Positions 39,920 through 49,977 are shown, counted from the first letter of the stretch. The stretch: 64,000 nt of DNA from Terriglobia bacterium (GCA_965198225.1 CBDAOY010000006.1:512001-576000); one strand, 5' to 3'. The notes: a model not told the origin generated them from the sequence alone. Translations and numbers: made by a program.

Positions 39920-40906
39920 ATGAAAGCGATCATCCTCACAACCTACGGGTCTCCTGACGATCTCGAGCTGCAGGAGGTCGAGAAACCCATTCCAAAACAC
40001 GGCGAGGTCTTGATAAGGGTCCACGCATCCGCGGTGAACGACTGGGAATGGGGACTCTTGCGAGGTAGGCCGCTCTTCATGCGCGCCTTTGGCGGTGTTC
40101 TGAAACCCAAGATCCGAATCATGGGTTGTGACGTGGCCGGGTGCGTTGAGGCCGTCGGTAGAGACGTCGAACATCTCAAAGCAGGTGATGAAGTGTACGG
40201 CGACCTCAGCGAAAGCGGCTTTGGCGGTTTTGCCGAGTATGTCTGTGCAGCTGAAGGATCGGTCGTGCTGAAACCGCGGAACGTCACCTATGAACAGGCT
40301 GTCGCGATACCTCACGCCGGAATGCTGGCCCAGCAGGCCCTCGCTGGCATCGGCCGAATAGACCGAGTGCAGACGCTCTTGATCAATGGCGCGGCTGGGG
40401 GCGTCGGCACGCTCGGTGTGCAGCTTGCCAGGCTGCACGGCGTTGAGGTAACCGGCGTCGACAGCGCCTCAAAACAGGACTTCCTGCGCTCGCTTGGGTT
40501 CGACCATGTCATCGATTACACACAGGAAGACTTCACCAGGACTGGCCGGAGCTACGATCTGATCCTCGATGTGAAGACCAATCGTTCGCCGTTCGGGTAC
40601 GCGCGTGCACTGAAGCCCAATGGGACCTATGTCACCGTTGGAGGCTCAACGCCTCAATTGTTGCAGTGCTTGGTGTTTGGCCGATGGATTGCTAGGACGA
40701 GGAATCGGAACATTCGTATTCTGGCCCTCAAGCCCAACAAAGGGCTCGATGACATGACGAAGCTCGTGGAAGCAGGCAGAGTCGTGCCGTCGATCGATGC
40801 CGTCTATCCGTTGAGCGAAGTCCCCGAAGCACTGCGACGCCTCGGAGAAGCGAGCCACAAAGGAAAGATCGTTATCAGTATGCGGGAGAATGTCGCCAAG
40901 TGTTGA
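39920..40906 (+). CDS. MDR-family NAD(P)-dependent oxidoreductase (Qor/ADH-like)
   Basis: MKAI, GCDVAGCVEAVG, GGFAEY, LINGAAGGVG and GKIVI. Confidence 0.92.
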   Translation: MKAIILTTYGSPDDLELQEVEKPIPKHGEVLIRVHASAVNDWEWGLLRGRPLFMRAFGGVLKPKIRIMGCDVAGCVEAVGRDVEHLKAGDEVYGDLSESGFGGFAEYVCAAEGSVVLKPRNVTYEQAVAIPHAGMLAQQALAGIGRIDRVQTLLINGAAGGVGTLGVQLARLHGVEVTGVDSASKQDFLRSLGFDHVIDYTQEDFTRTGRSYDLILDVKTNRSPFGYARALKPNGTYVTVGGSTPQLLQCLVFGRWIARTRNRNIRILALKPNKGLDDMTKLVEAGRVVPSIDAVYPLSEVPEALRRLGEASHKGKIVISMRENVAKC

Positions 40907-41120
40907 GGATCTCCCTGGACTCGCTGCCGAGGTTATTGGGTTGGCAGACCGCCGAGCCGCAGATTGACCGGCTGCTCCAAAGAACTGGAATCGGTCACTC
41001 CTGGAGCGTACCTTCTTTGAGTCGCAGCGATGTCGGAGAATTGGGGACAGCTCTCGTCTCGAAGCTCGATCGATGTTATAGCATCCAGCCGACCGGGAAA
41101 CTCGCAGCCAGGAGGATGAG

Positions 41121-42461
41121 ATGAATAGGGGACCGGCGATTCGAAAAGCATCTGCGACACTTGCGATTGTCGGCTGGATCGTCACACTCGCCGCAGCAAC
41201 CGGATACGGACAGGCACTACACGTTCAGCCTTCTCTGGCTGATCTCGCGGCCACGACCGATTCCGACGGGATCATCCCACAGCCCTTCCTCGCACTCACC
41301 AACGCCAACGTCGTGGACGTCCGGGCCGGGAGCATTCTCGGCGACGTTACGCTCGTCCTGCGCGAAGGCAAGATCGAGTCGGTCGGCACGAGCGAGCCAC
41401 CGCCCGGGGCCGAAGTGGTAGACCTGAGGGGATTCTATGTCACTCCCGGCTTCTTCGACGGTCACTACCACGGGAACAGCGTCGAATCGGCGCGCCGCGC
41501 ACTGGCTTCCGGCGTTACCACGGCGCGAGGCGGGAGCGTCGTTGGATACAACGATGTGGCTCAACGGGAGATGGTCAAAGCCGGATACCTGGCCGGGCCC
41601 GATATTCTTGCCGCGGGCATCTACTTGAGCCCGGATCTCGGCCGCAGCGACAAAGTTCTGGCCGATCCCCGGCTCTACAAGTTCGTCAACCGGCCGCTCC
41701 GCGGGGAGGCTGCTGTTCGTGAGGTCGTGCGCATCAACGCGGACCGGGGGGTCGACTGGCTCAAAGGCGGATCCGGAGGGCTGTCATCGGACATGATCGG
41801 GCCCGATCCGCTCCTCCAGATTTTCACCGATGCGGAGCTTTCCGCCATCGTCGACGAAGGTTCCAGGTTCGATCTGTCCTTCGCGTGCCACGCCCATGGC
41901 GTCGAGGTGATCGCGGCGGCCATCCGGGCCGGATGCGCCAGTATCGAGCATGGCTCCTACATGAACGAGGAGAACCTTCAGATGATGCTCGACAACGGGA
42001 CCCTATGGGTTCCGACCTACATCTCGGTCACCGGCTTCGAGTTGCCTCACGACGATTACAACACCCCCATCGCGCGCCAGAGGGCTCCACACCTGCTCGA
42101 GAACATGCAGCGGATGATTCGGAGGGGGCACGAGATGGGAGTGACCATACTGACCTCGGTCGACACGAGCTATGGTCCCGACAGCATCTACAGGGTTTCG
42201 GGCGAGATCAATGCCTTTATCGAATTCGGAATGAGTCCGATGGACGCCCTCCGCGCCGCGACCGTGCGTTCGGCAGAGGCCTATGGGCTCGAGGCGCAAA
42301 CCGGCGCGATCGAGTCGGGACTCGATGCCGACCTGATCGTGTTCGACAGGAATCCCCTCGATCAGCCGTCGGTACTCCACAACCCTCTCCTTGTGATGAG
42401 CAACGGTCGGATCGGAGTCAACCGTCAGGTAGGAATGCGGAAGGTCCTGCCGAACCACTGA
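41121..42461 (+). CDS. Secreted amidohydrolase-family protein (Xaa-Pro dipeptidase-like)
   Basis: PGFFDGHYH, CHAHG, SIEHG, SVD and ADLIVFDRNPL. Confidence 0.9.
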   Translation: MNRGPAIRKASATLAIVGWIVTLAAATGYGQALHVQPSLADLAATTDSDGIIPQPFLALTNANVVDVRAGSILGDVTLVLREGKIESVGTSEPPPGAEVVDLRGFYVTPGFFDGHYHGNSVESARRALASGVTTARGGSVVGYNDVAQREMVKAGYLAGPDILAAGIYLSPDLGRSDKVLADPRLYKFVNRPLRGEAAVREVVRINADRGVDWLKGGSGGLSSDMIGPDPLLQIFTDAELSAIVDEGSRFDLSFACHAHGVEVIAAAIRAGCASIEHGSYMNEENLQMMLDNGTLWVPTYISVTGFELPHDDYNTPIARQRAPHLLENMQRMIRRGHEMGVTILTSVDTSYGPDSIYRVSGEINAFIEFGMSPMDALRAATVRSAEAYGLEAQTGAIESGLDADLIVFDRNPLDQPSVLHNPLLVMSNGRIGVNRQVGMRKVLPNH

Positions 42462-42604
42462 AAGGAAAGCCCTAGCAAAACCTGTCTGTCGATCTGCGCC
42501 GATCATCCCGTTAGACTCGCGGGCCATATCGGGCGTCCAGCGACGGTACGTGGGGTTTAGCGGCCGATGCGCAGTACGCAGTTATGGAACAGTGTTGGAC
42601 GCCT

Positions 42605-42900
42605 CTACAAGTCAGGCCCGTTTCCGCGGCTAGAATGCCAGCACACAGCACCTCGATTCTGCTTGGTTGAACCTGGTAGTCCAGAAAGTAACGAATGCGG
42701 CTGAGGTGGACACGACGAACTCCTTTGAGTTGCGTGTTGGAAGCCGTTGATCCGAAGGAGGGCTGTTGCGCGATTAGATCCAAGCTCCGCTCCAGATCTT
42801 CACGGAAGGCGGTTGGGGCTTTCGGACGATTCGCCTGCGACCACCTCGCCGCATCCTGAATGTGTAAACTCGACCGGCGGGTAATCTTGATCGGCAACAT
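42605..42900 (-). pseudogene. ParE/RelE-family toxin, frameshifted near the C-terminus
   Basis: GVRRVHLSRIRYFL.YQV...IEVL; the typical end WHSSRGNGPDL* is in another frame. Confidence 0.75.
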
Positions 42901-42908
42901 CGAGCCGA

Positions 42909-43119
42909 CTATTGAATTTCCTCAAGAAGATCTTCTGCGTCGAGCAACTCGCCGCGATCGGCCTCGGCTATTGCTTCGAGAAGTTCATTTTCTTCTTCGG
43001 GGGTCAATTTGAACGTTCGTTTCATCGCTTACGAGCACGGTGACCGTCGCACCTTCGTCAAGCTGGTCCCCCTCGACCACTATCTGACCGCCAACGACTT
43101 TGCCTTTGGTGATGCGCAA
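42909..43119 (-). pseudogene. Cognate antitoxin, frameshifted
   Basis: MRITKGKVVGGQIVVEG...TVTVLVSDE continues after a +1 shift as RTFKLTPEEENELLEAIAEADRGE...EIQ*. Confidence 0.7.
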
Positions 43120-43238
43120 GCTTGAATTGCAGCTCCGATTCCGCCCGAGGTCGAAGATCTGATCTATTTGTCCGCCGACGGGAAGTGACTCGACGGTCTC
43201 GGCCCACTGGGTTTGAAGAGGACGATGGTGCCGGTCTC

Positions 43239-44168
43239 TTAGTTGTAGAGTGCGGCCACCCCTGTCTCGAGCTCATGGAGTCCGGAAACCTCCTCGTCGC
43301 TCAAGTCACGGCTGAAGATGGCAAGATCGTCGTAGAGTCCAGTGTAGTTGACGCCCAGACGGATAGCCGCCTTATCGAGGTCCCAGGTGAAGGGCTCTGT
43401 TATGCCCCCGCTCGTGCCCTTTAATTCGCCATCCAGGAAGAGTCTGGCGCTACCGCCGTCCGGCGAGTTCAACCCAGAGTAGGTGATGACCACGTGGGTC
43501 CACTGCCCGGTGCCGAAGGGCAAGTCGTCGACCACGACGAGACGTTCCTCGAACCCGGGGTTTTCGGCCGGCGGCAGGTTGTCGGCGTTCCAGACCTCCA
43601 GGTCACCGAACACACCCAACCGGAACTGGCGGGGATTCTCACTGGTGAAGTCGACCCACACTGCCGCGTCGTTGTACGCCACATCGGTGATCTGAACCGG
43701 ATCGCAGAACCCTGGTTCGAGGTCTACGGCGGGATCGAGGCTGAGCCAGAACGAAACGGACCCCGACATACTCATCGCGGAGTACGGGACATTGTCCTTC
43801 GCTTCGTAAAAGAGTGCCTGTGTGTTGCGGCTGCCGAACCGCAGGGCGTTTCCGAACCGGCCCGCGTCTGCCGCTATCGCGACATCAGGCACGTGGATGC
43901 CCGGCGTCGCCTCGTCGGTCTCGTCGTAGGACGGAGCAGAGTAGATGCTACGGGCCCCGGCCCCGAAATCCGCGTCGGGACCCTCGTCGAACGAGGCGTG
44001 GAAGCTCAGGGCTTCGGCCAGGGGAGCGCCTGCGTCGGGCTCCTCGACCATGGGCTGCGGCTCCTCTTCACTCGAGGCGCAACCAGCTCCGGTAAGGCTT
44101 ACCAGGATCAACGCAACGAAGGAAAGCAGACCAAAGTGCAAACGAAGGTTTAAAGGAGTTGATTTCAT
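43239..44168 (-). CDS. LamG/concanavalin A-like jelly-roll lipoprotein
   Basis: Lipobox-like GAGC; FHASFD, GRFGNALRF, WTHVVITY and GLYDDLAIFSRDLS. Confidence 0.85.
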   Translation of the reverse strand: MKSTPLNLRLHFGLLSFVALILVSLTGAGCASSEEEPQPMVEEPDAGAPLAEALSFHASFDEGPDADFGAGARSIYSAPSYDETDEATPGIHVPDVAIAADAGRFGNALRFGSRNTQALFYEAKDNVPYSAMSMSGSVSFWLSLDPAVDLEPGFCDPVQITDVAYNDAAVWVDFTSENPRQFRLGVFGDLEVWNADNLPPAENPGFEERLVVVDDLPFGTGQWTHVVITYSGLNSPDGGSARLFLDGELKGTSGGITEPFTWDLDKAAIRLGVNYTGLYDDLAIFSRDLSDEEVSGLHELETGVAALYN

Positions 44169-44222
44169 AGTCCCCGACTCTATCTCGAACTACCGGCCGT
44201 TACAAGCGACGCGCCGACAGGG

Positions 44223-46085
44223 TCAACGGGGACTCAGTCTCTTCCCAGTTCGATACTTGATGGCTTCGGCCAGGAGAACATATTTGATGAGCACGATGCG
44301 GCCGCCCAACTCGGTGGCGGAGTTCACGTCCACCTCCAGCTTCGTGCTGAAAGATCCCCTAAAGGATTCCACTACTTCGTAGATCGCCCGCGCCTCGAGG
44401 ATCACGATCGCATCCGCGCCCGACTCGATCGCATCTGGAAGAATCACGTCCGCTAGTATTTCCCGCTGCACTTCGGGCGGCATCGGACCCGTGTCGTCTT
44501 CGAATCCGAGCGGAGCGGCCATGACTGCGTCGCCAACGTACTGAATGGATCGGATCTTCGTGTAAGGACGGTCGGGCCGCCGGTCGAGCACTTCCGGCAA
44601 ACGGTCTGGCTGTCCAGCGAGCAGCTTTTCGATCGTCGGACCGTTCAAGTTCGGCGACAGGGCGTTACATTCCGCCACTATCCCGGGGAGCCTTTCTCGA
44701 ACCGCGTTCCAGCGTTCAACACCGCTGATCGCATCGTCGACGATCTTCGTGTCCGCCCCAACATCCATGAGGTCGCACACCAACTGGGATCGGCCGGCGG
44801 AGCTGGCCCACATCAGCGGATACTCCCCGTCCCGGCTCCGCGCGTTCGGATCCGCTCCTGCCCTGAGCAAACCCCGGGCTGCCACAGCATTTCCTTCGCG
44901 CACGGCCAGCATCAGCGGAGACCAACCGTCGGTGTCGCTGGCGTCCACGTATGCCCCCTCATCCAGGAGGCGCTCGATGTCCTGGATCGATCCGATCCGA
45001 GCCGCCGTTCTGAGGCTTTCGCCGAAGTCGACAGGTTCGTCGTCGCGCGCGTAATACCCGGTTCGCGAATTCGCACTGTAGGCAGCGTCGGCAGGGTCGA
45101 TTCGAACCCGGCGAAAACCGCCGTCTCGTGCCGTGTTGGTCGGCACGTAGGACAACACGTACTGAGACCTCAGTGTTTCCTGGATCTCGCGAAAAGTCGA
45201 AGACACGTCCCGGCGCCGCTCTGGGAAGAAAACGGCTCCGCCAGTTTCATCCGCGAGCTGTCGGAGAACGATGTTCCCCTGTGCCTGGCGGAGGAGGGTG
45301 GGATCCGTGACCCGGATTGCTTCAGTGTACTCCTGCCGCCGTCGGCGCGCCCGAACGGAGTTTGTGCTGACGGCGTACACGGAGACGTCGTTCTTCTGTG
45401 CCGCGTCGATCGCCTGCTTCAGGGTGAACTCGCTGGAATTATCGACGCCGTCGGTGATGACGATCAGGATCCGCCGCCCCGCCTGACCGACGAGACTCCG
45501 AATGACGGTCAGGTAGATGCCGTCGAACAGCTCCGTACCGCCGCCGGCCTTCACCTTCGTCACTGCACCCGCGAGAAGGTCGGGATCGTCAGTGAAATCC
45601 TGCATGAGATCGACATTGGAATCGAAGGTGATGACCGATGCGGAGTCGCGGTCCGGCAGGAGCGTCTCGGAAAAGAAGTCCAGCGCCGCCTGCTGCTCGA
45701 AGCGCAGTTTGTTCAGGATGCTCCCGCTGGCGTCGATCAACAGTGCGATCCGAAGTGGGAGGTTGGTCTCAGTGTGAAAGTTTCGAATCTCTTGCCCGAC
45801 GTCATCTTCATACACTGTGAAATCGTCACGCTCCAGGTCGGTAATGAAACGGCCCTTCTCATCCGTGACGGTGAAGACGATATTGACGAGATCGACGTCG
45901 ACGCGCAGGGTTTGACTGTCGAGTGTCTGCGGACTCTGCTGTGCGGCGATGGCGGGCGCCGCCACGGTCAGGGCCGCACACAGCAGTCCGACGCGTAGTG
46001 CGCGAATCGCACAGAAAGGTCCTGGACGTCTTCCTGCCTTGAGAGCCATAGGCTGCGAATCCTGTCCCTCAGCGTACTTCGCCAT
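44223..46085 (-). CDS. Acidobacterial-type VWA protein fused to ankyrin repeats and a C-terminal YbjQ-like domain
   Basis: MIDAS DASGS, GGTELFD and TDGVD; ankyrin GWSPLMLA and GEYPLMWA; C-terminal PDRPY...GADAIV...AIKY. Confidence 0.85.
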   Translation of the reverse strand: MAKYAEGQDSQPMALKAGRRPGPFCAIRALRVGLLCAALTVAAPAIAAQQSPQTLDSQTLRVDVDLVNIVFTVTDEKGRFITDLERDDFTVYEDDVGQEIRNFHTETNLPLRIALLIDASGSILNKLRFEQQAALDFFSETLLPDRDSASVITFDSNVDLMQDFTDDPDLLAGAVTKVKAGGGTELFDGIYLTVIRSLVGQAGRRILIVITDGVDNSSEFTLKQAIDAAQKNDVSVYAVSTNSVRARRRRQEYTEAIRVTDPTLLRQAQGNIVLRQLADETGGAVFFPERRRDVSSTFREIQETLRSQYVLSYVPTNTARDGGFRRVRIDPADAAYSANSRTGYYARDDEPVDFGESLRTAARIGSIQDIERLLDEGAYVDASDTDGWSPLMLAVREGNAVAARGLLRAGADPNARSRDGEYPLMWASSAGRSQLVCDLMDVGADTKIVDDAISGVERWNAVRERLPGIVAECNALSPNLNGPTIEKLLAGQPDRLPEVLDRRPDRPYTKIRSIQYVGDAVMAAPLGFEDDTGPMPPEVQREILADVILPDAIESGADAIVILEARAIYEVVESFRGSFSTKLEVDVNSATELGGRIVLIKYVLLAEAIKYRTGKRLSPR

Positions 46086-46242
46086 GTCTCGTGAAACTTA
46101 CTGAAAGTTTACGCAAGTCAGGGAGTCGGAAGCAATCAAACTGTCAATTGGCCATAGTGCCTCAAGCGGTCTGCCGGCATCGGTGGCCAGAACATCTCCA
46201 GGGAGGTCTCGGTCCCGAAGACAAGCGGCACTCTAAGATCGC

Positions 46243-46512
46243 GTGTAGGTGCGCTCTATGAAGCTGTGAACGAATTATGGGAACGGAAAATCGGGTGGCG
46301 GGGCTTTTCACGTGTAGGTGCGGTCTATGACCGCACAACTTGTGGTTCCGCGGGCATTTGTGCGCTCATAGAGCGCACCTACACTTGAGGATCGCAGGTT
46401 CTTCGTGAAAAACCCCGCCACTCGATTCTCAAACAAATGGCATTCGTTCCCAGCTTGTTTGAGCGCACGTGTTTCGGTTCGAAGAGTGTGCGGTCATAGA
46501 CCGCACCTACAC
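46243..46512. repeat. Cluster of GTAG-type REP palindromes in nested inverted repeats
   Basis: GTAGGTGCG(G/C)TCTATGA(C/G)CGCAC at 46245 (split), 46314-46336 (+), 46360-46382 (-) and 46488-46510 (-). Confidence 0.8.
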
Positions 46513-46564
46513 CTCCGTTTTGGACGCGGAGCTACTGTTCGACCGAATTGATCGACCTTCAGCG

Positions 46565-48166
46565 TCACGGCAGCGCGAACGTGAACAGCGTCGTGCCGGA
46601 GGGGATCAACAGATACTGCTTGCCGTCGAGCATATAGGTCGTCGGCGCGGCATAGATCGATGAACCCGTCTGGAAGTGCCAGAGGTTTTCGCCGGTCCTC
46701 GCATCGAACGCCATGATGTTGCCTTCCATGTCTCCCGCAAAAACGAGTCCCGCCGCGGTCGACATCGTCCCTCCCATCGGCGGGGTGGGGTACCGGAATT
46801 CCCACTCGATGTCGCCGCTGAGCGGATCGATGGCCCGTAGCGCACCGTACCCGTCCTGCTCGCGTTGGGCCGCGCCCCCGAAGTAGATTTCACCTTCGAC
46901 GAAATCTTCCGGCCAGGCGTAGTAGGTGGCGCACACCTCCCGGGCTGTGACGTAAAAGAGTCCCGCGTCGGGATTGAAGGACGGGGACATCCAGTTCGTG
47001 CCGCCCATGATATCGGGACAGGTGAACGCTCCCTCCGCGTTGGGGACATTGTCGGGCAAGAGAATCGGTCTTCCGTCGGGCCCGACCTCCTTGGCCCATG
47101 TCGTGCGGACGAATGGTTTGGCGACGATCACCTCCCCGTTGGTCCGGTCGAGCGTGTAGTAGAAACCGTTGCGGTTTGCGAACATCAACAGTTTCCGTTC
47201 CCTGCCGTCCACCTCCATGTCGGCGAGGACCGGGACCTGGGTGGAATCCCAGTCGTGCGTGTCGTGCGGAGTAAACTGGTAGTGCCAGCGCAGCTCACCC
47301 GAATCGGCATCGAGAGCGACCACGGAATCGGTGTAGAGGTTGTCCCCTTCCCGATCCGCGCCGTAGAGATCGGGCCCTGGATTGCCGGTGCCCCAGTAAA
47401 CCAGGTTGAGTTCCGGATCGTAGGTCCCGGTGACCCAGGTCGAACCGCCGCCGCGCTCCCACGAATCTCCCTCCCAGGTCTCGCCGCCGGGGGCGCCCGG
47501 TTCCGGGACAGCCCAGAAGCGCCAGGCGCGTCTGCCGGTCTCGGCATCAAAGGCATCCAGGAAGCCACGGACGCCGTACTCCGCTCCGGCGATGCCGACA
47601 ATGACCTTGTCCTTGACGACGAGCGGAGCGACCGTCGAGGTATAGCCACGTTCGTGGTTGTCGATAATCGAATCCCAGACGATGTTGCCGGTCTTCATGT
47701 CGAGCGCGAGGAGGTGCGAATCCAGCGTCGACATGAACAGCTTGTCACCCAGAACAGCGAACCCTCGGTTGACGGCGCCGCAGCAGATGTTCAAGCCCTC
47801 CGGCAGCTCCCTGCTGTAACTCCATATCCGCCTGCCCGTTCGGGCGTCCAGGGCAAACGCATGGTTGTCCTGAGCCGTGATGTACATGACTTCGTCGATG
47901 ACGACCGGCGTGGCCTCGAATTTCCCCAGCACCCCGGTCTGGAACGCCCACTGCACCCGGAGCTGATCGACGTTGGCCGGCGTGATCTCGGTCAGTGGGC
48001 TGTGCCTCTGACCAGTGTAGTCGCCGGTATAGGTCAGCCAGCGATTCGGGTTCTTCAAGCCGTCCAGGAGCTCGTTTGAGGTGATCTCCTGTGCGGGAGA
48101 TTTCGGGCCTCCGATGAGCTGGAGGGTCAGGACGAGAATGATCGGGATGAATCTTGCCTGTGTCAT
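46565..48166 (-). CDS. PQQ-dependent alcohol dehydrogenase-like quinoprotein
   Basis: Vicinal CC (ICCGAVNRG), AEYGVRG, GTGNPGP, HDTHDWD, GGTNW and Trp-docking repeats. Confidence 0.92.
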   Translation of the reverse strand: MTQARFIPIILVLTLQLIGGPKSPAQEITSNELLDGLKNPNRWLTYTGDYTGQRHSPLTEITPANVDQLRVQWAFQTGVLGKFEATPVVIDEVMYITAQDNHAFALDARTGRRIWSYSRELPEGLNICCGAVNRGFAVLGDKLFMSTLDSHLLALDMKTGNIVWDSIIDNHERGYTSTVAPLVVKDKVIVGIAGAEYGVRGFLDAFDAETGRRAWRFWAVPEPGAPGGETWEGDSWERGGGSTWVTGTYDPELNLVYWGTGNPGPDLYGADREGDNLYTDSVVALDADSGELRWHYQFTPHDTHDWDSTQVPVLADMEVDGRERKLLMFANRNGFYYTLDRTNGEVIVAKPFVRTTWAKEVGPDGRPILLPDNVPNAEGAFTCPDIMGGTNWMSPSFNPDAGLFYVTAREVCATYYAWPEDFVEGEIYFGGAAQREQDGYGALRAIDPLSGDIEWEFRYPTPPMGGTMSTAAGLVFAGDMEGNIMAFDARTGENLWHFQTGSSIYAAPTTYMLDGKQYLLIPSGTTLFTFALP

Positions 48167-49002
48167 GGTGTCCTCCGCTCCGAGAGTGCCGACTCCGCCA
48201 CGCTACGAAGGTACCGGATCAGATCGTCCACCTCCGTATCGGACAACCTGTCGGGACCGTAGCTGGGCATGATGGACTGCCCTCCGTCGATGACTTCCCG
48301 AAGGTCCTCTTTCATGAAGGTCCGTAGACGTTCTCCGGTATCCATCATCTGGATCGAGAAGGCGTCGTGATTCTTGCGGATGCCACGGATGCGGTTCCCG
48401 TTCTCTGTGACCAATGTCACGGGATCGAATCCGCGCGGGATGTACTCACTGGCGGTCCGTATTTCGCGGATGAAAGCATCACGGGACCGCGCCGTCCCGA
48501 CTCGAGAAAGATCCGGGCCCAGTCGTCCTCCCTTGCCGTTGAGCATGTGACATCGTGAGCAATTGGCCGAGCCCCAGAAAAGCTTCTCGCCGTTCTCAGC
48601 GTTGCCCCGATCCTGGTCCGCTTCGGCGGAGCCGCGGAGGGTGCGCAAGTAGGCGATGACCGTCCAGAGCTCATCATCGGGCATCCGGGTCGGTCGCATT
48701 TCGGTTCCCGGGACACCCCGCCGGATGACCCGGAACATCTGCACGTCACTGTCTCCGTGGCGCGATTGCCCGCTGGTCAAATCGGGTGCGCGATAGCCCG
48801 TCGCATCCATACCGTGACAGAGCGCGCATCGGGCGCGATACCGGCTCATGCCCAGTCCGATTGCGTCGGGATCTCCTTCGAACGGATTGCCTTCGATCTG
48901 CTCGGCCTCCGGCGCCTGTCCGGCGGCGGGAACGGGAAGGAAGACGCAAAGTACAATGATCAGAGCCAGGGGAATCATTTGAGGCCGTTTGCCTTGAGGC
49001 AT
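48163..49002 (-). CDS. Di-heme cytochrome c
   Basis: CALCH and CSRCH; GPDLSRVG; signal peptide; stop overlaps the dehydrogenase start. Confidence 0.9.
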   Translation of the reverse strand: MPQGKRPQMIPLALIIVLCVFLPVPAAGQAPEAEQIEGNPFEGDPDAIGLGMSRYRARCALCHGMDATGYRAPDLTSGQSRHGDSDVQMFRVIRRGVPGTEMRPTRMPDDELWTVIAYLRTLRGSAEADQDRGNAENGEKLFWGSANCSRCHMLNGKGGRLGPDLSRVGTARSRDAFIREIRTASEYIPRGFDPVTLVTENGNRIRGIRKNHDAFSIQMMDTGERLRTFMKEDLREVIDGGQSIMPSYGPDRLSDTEVDDLIRYLRSVAESALSERRTP

Positions 49003-49163
49003 GGCTCCTCCGTGGTCGAGTTGTTGTGGGTCAGGAAAACAGCGAGATTATAGCCCACTACCATCTAGCGGGCCAACGGCAAGACATCCCGTTTTCACGA
49101 GGCGGCGTACCGACGAACTCGATGGTGTGATTTGAGACCTGAACGTAGTCAGAGGAATCGAAA

Positions 49164-49350
49164 TTGGGAGTGGATTGGGTTCAGCGCTTCTACACGAAGC
49201 AGAATGAGTGGGCGGGCGTCTATGACGCCGATATCGGCGAGTCGCATCGCAGAAATGCTGCCACCATTCAGCGACTCTGCAGGGTAAACTCGGCGACTGT
49301 TCTGGAATTGGGAGCCGGGGGTGGGCAGAACGCGGCTGCAACTGCCACGA
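49164..49350 (+). pseudogene. Class I SAM methyltransferase N-terminal fragment
   Basis: Motif I VLELGAGGGQNA, truncated afterwards. Confidence 0.6.
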
Positions 49351-49461
49351 CCAAAGCGTACTTGCGCTTGGGGCACGAGTTGTTGGGTAGCCTCCGTGGG
49401 ATTACCCGGCATCTGGACTCCTTCTGTCAAGTGGCGTAACTCTCCTGTCTTCTTTTTCCGA

Positions 49462-49650
49462 AGATCGTCGTCGCCGGACATTTGGAAACCTTCCTGGCTC
49501 GACAACGTGAACGCGATCGCAACGGTCACGGTTTTGTGGAGCGCGAGTTCCGCGAGTTCTCAGACTGTGGCGTTTTTGGGTCGGGGCTTCATTCACGTGC
49601 ATTGCGATGCAAGCGGACTGACCGTGTGGTCCCTTTTCGTGCAAGAAGGC
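49462..49650 (+). pseudogene. Degenerate IS91-family transposase N-terminus
   Basis: VVAGHLETFLARQRERDR...FVEREFREFSDCG / GRGFIHVHCD / VVPFSCK across frames; homologous to 32490-32738. Confidence 0.75.
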
Positions 49651-49726
49651 TATAGAGTATATTCGCCTAGTTTGAACAATCCAGTTTTGCTATCGAGCTG
49701 CGGTCAAGCTCGCGGCCCTGCGGGGC

Positions 49727-49850
49727 TTGTGTACAAAAGTACTTATTAAGTTGATGGACTCATAAGTAAACTTCGATAAGGCAAATCTATGCGCTCACTT
49801 GCGTCAATTGTGTACAAAAGCCAGTAAACTTCGATAAGGCAAATCTATGC
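49727..49850 (+). repeat. AT-rich direct repeats upstream of the DUF4157 gene
   Basis: AGTAAACTTCGATAAGGCAAATCTATGC at 49765 and 49823; TTGTGTACAAAAG at 49727 and 49808. Confidence 0.85.
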
Positions 49851-49977
49851 TAGCCAGTAGCCGGGCCCAAACAGATAACCAACATCGACGACAGTCGACA
49901 CGTATTCCACATGTTTTGCCGTCCCTCAGTGGTCACTTCAAAACCGGCCAACGGGGATGGCCCGGGACGGTGTTGTT

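Noticed and set aside
46865-48079. Long antisense ORFs (also 61886-63256, 17472-18428, 20101-21081, 51117-52118)
   Set aside because: Shadow frames of well-supported genes in GC-rich DNA, with no motifs.
49765-49850. 28-bp repeat with a 30-bp gap, CRISPR-like dimensions
   Set aside because: Only two copies, the gap contains part of a second local repeat, and there are no cas genes; a local duplication is more plausible.
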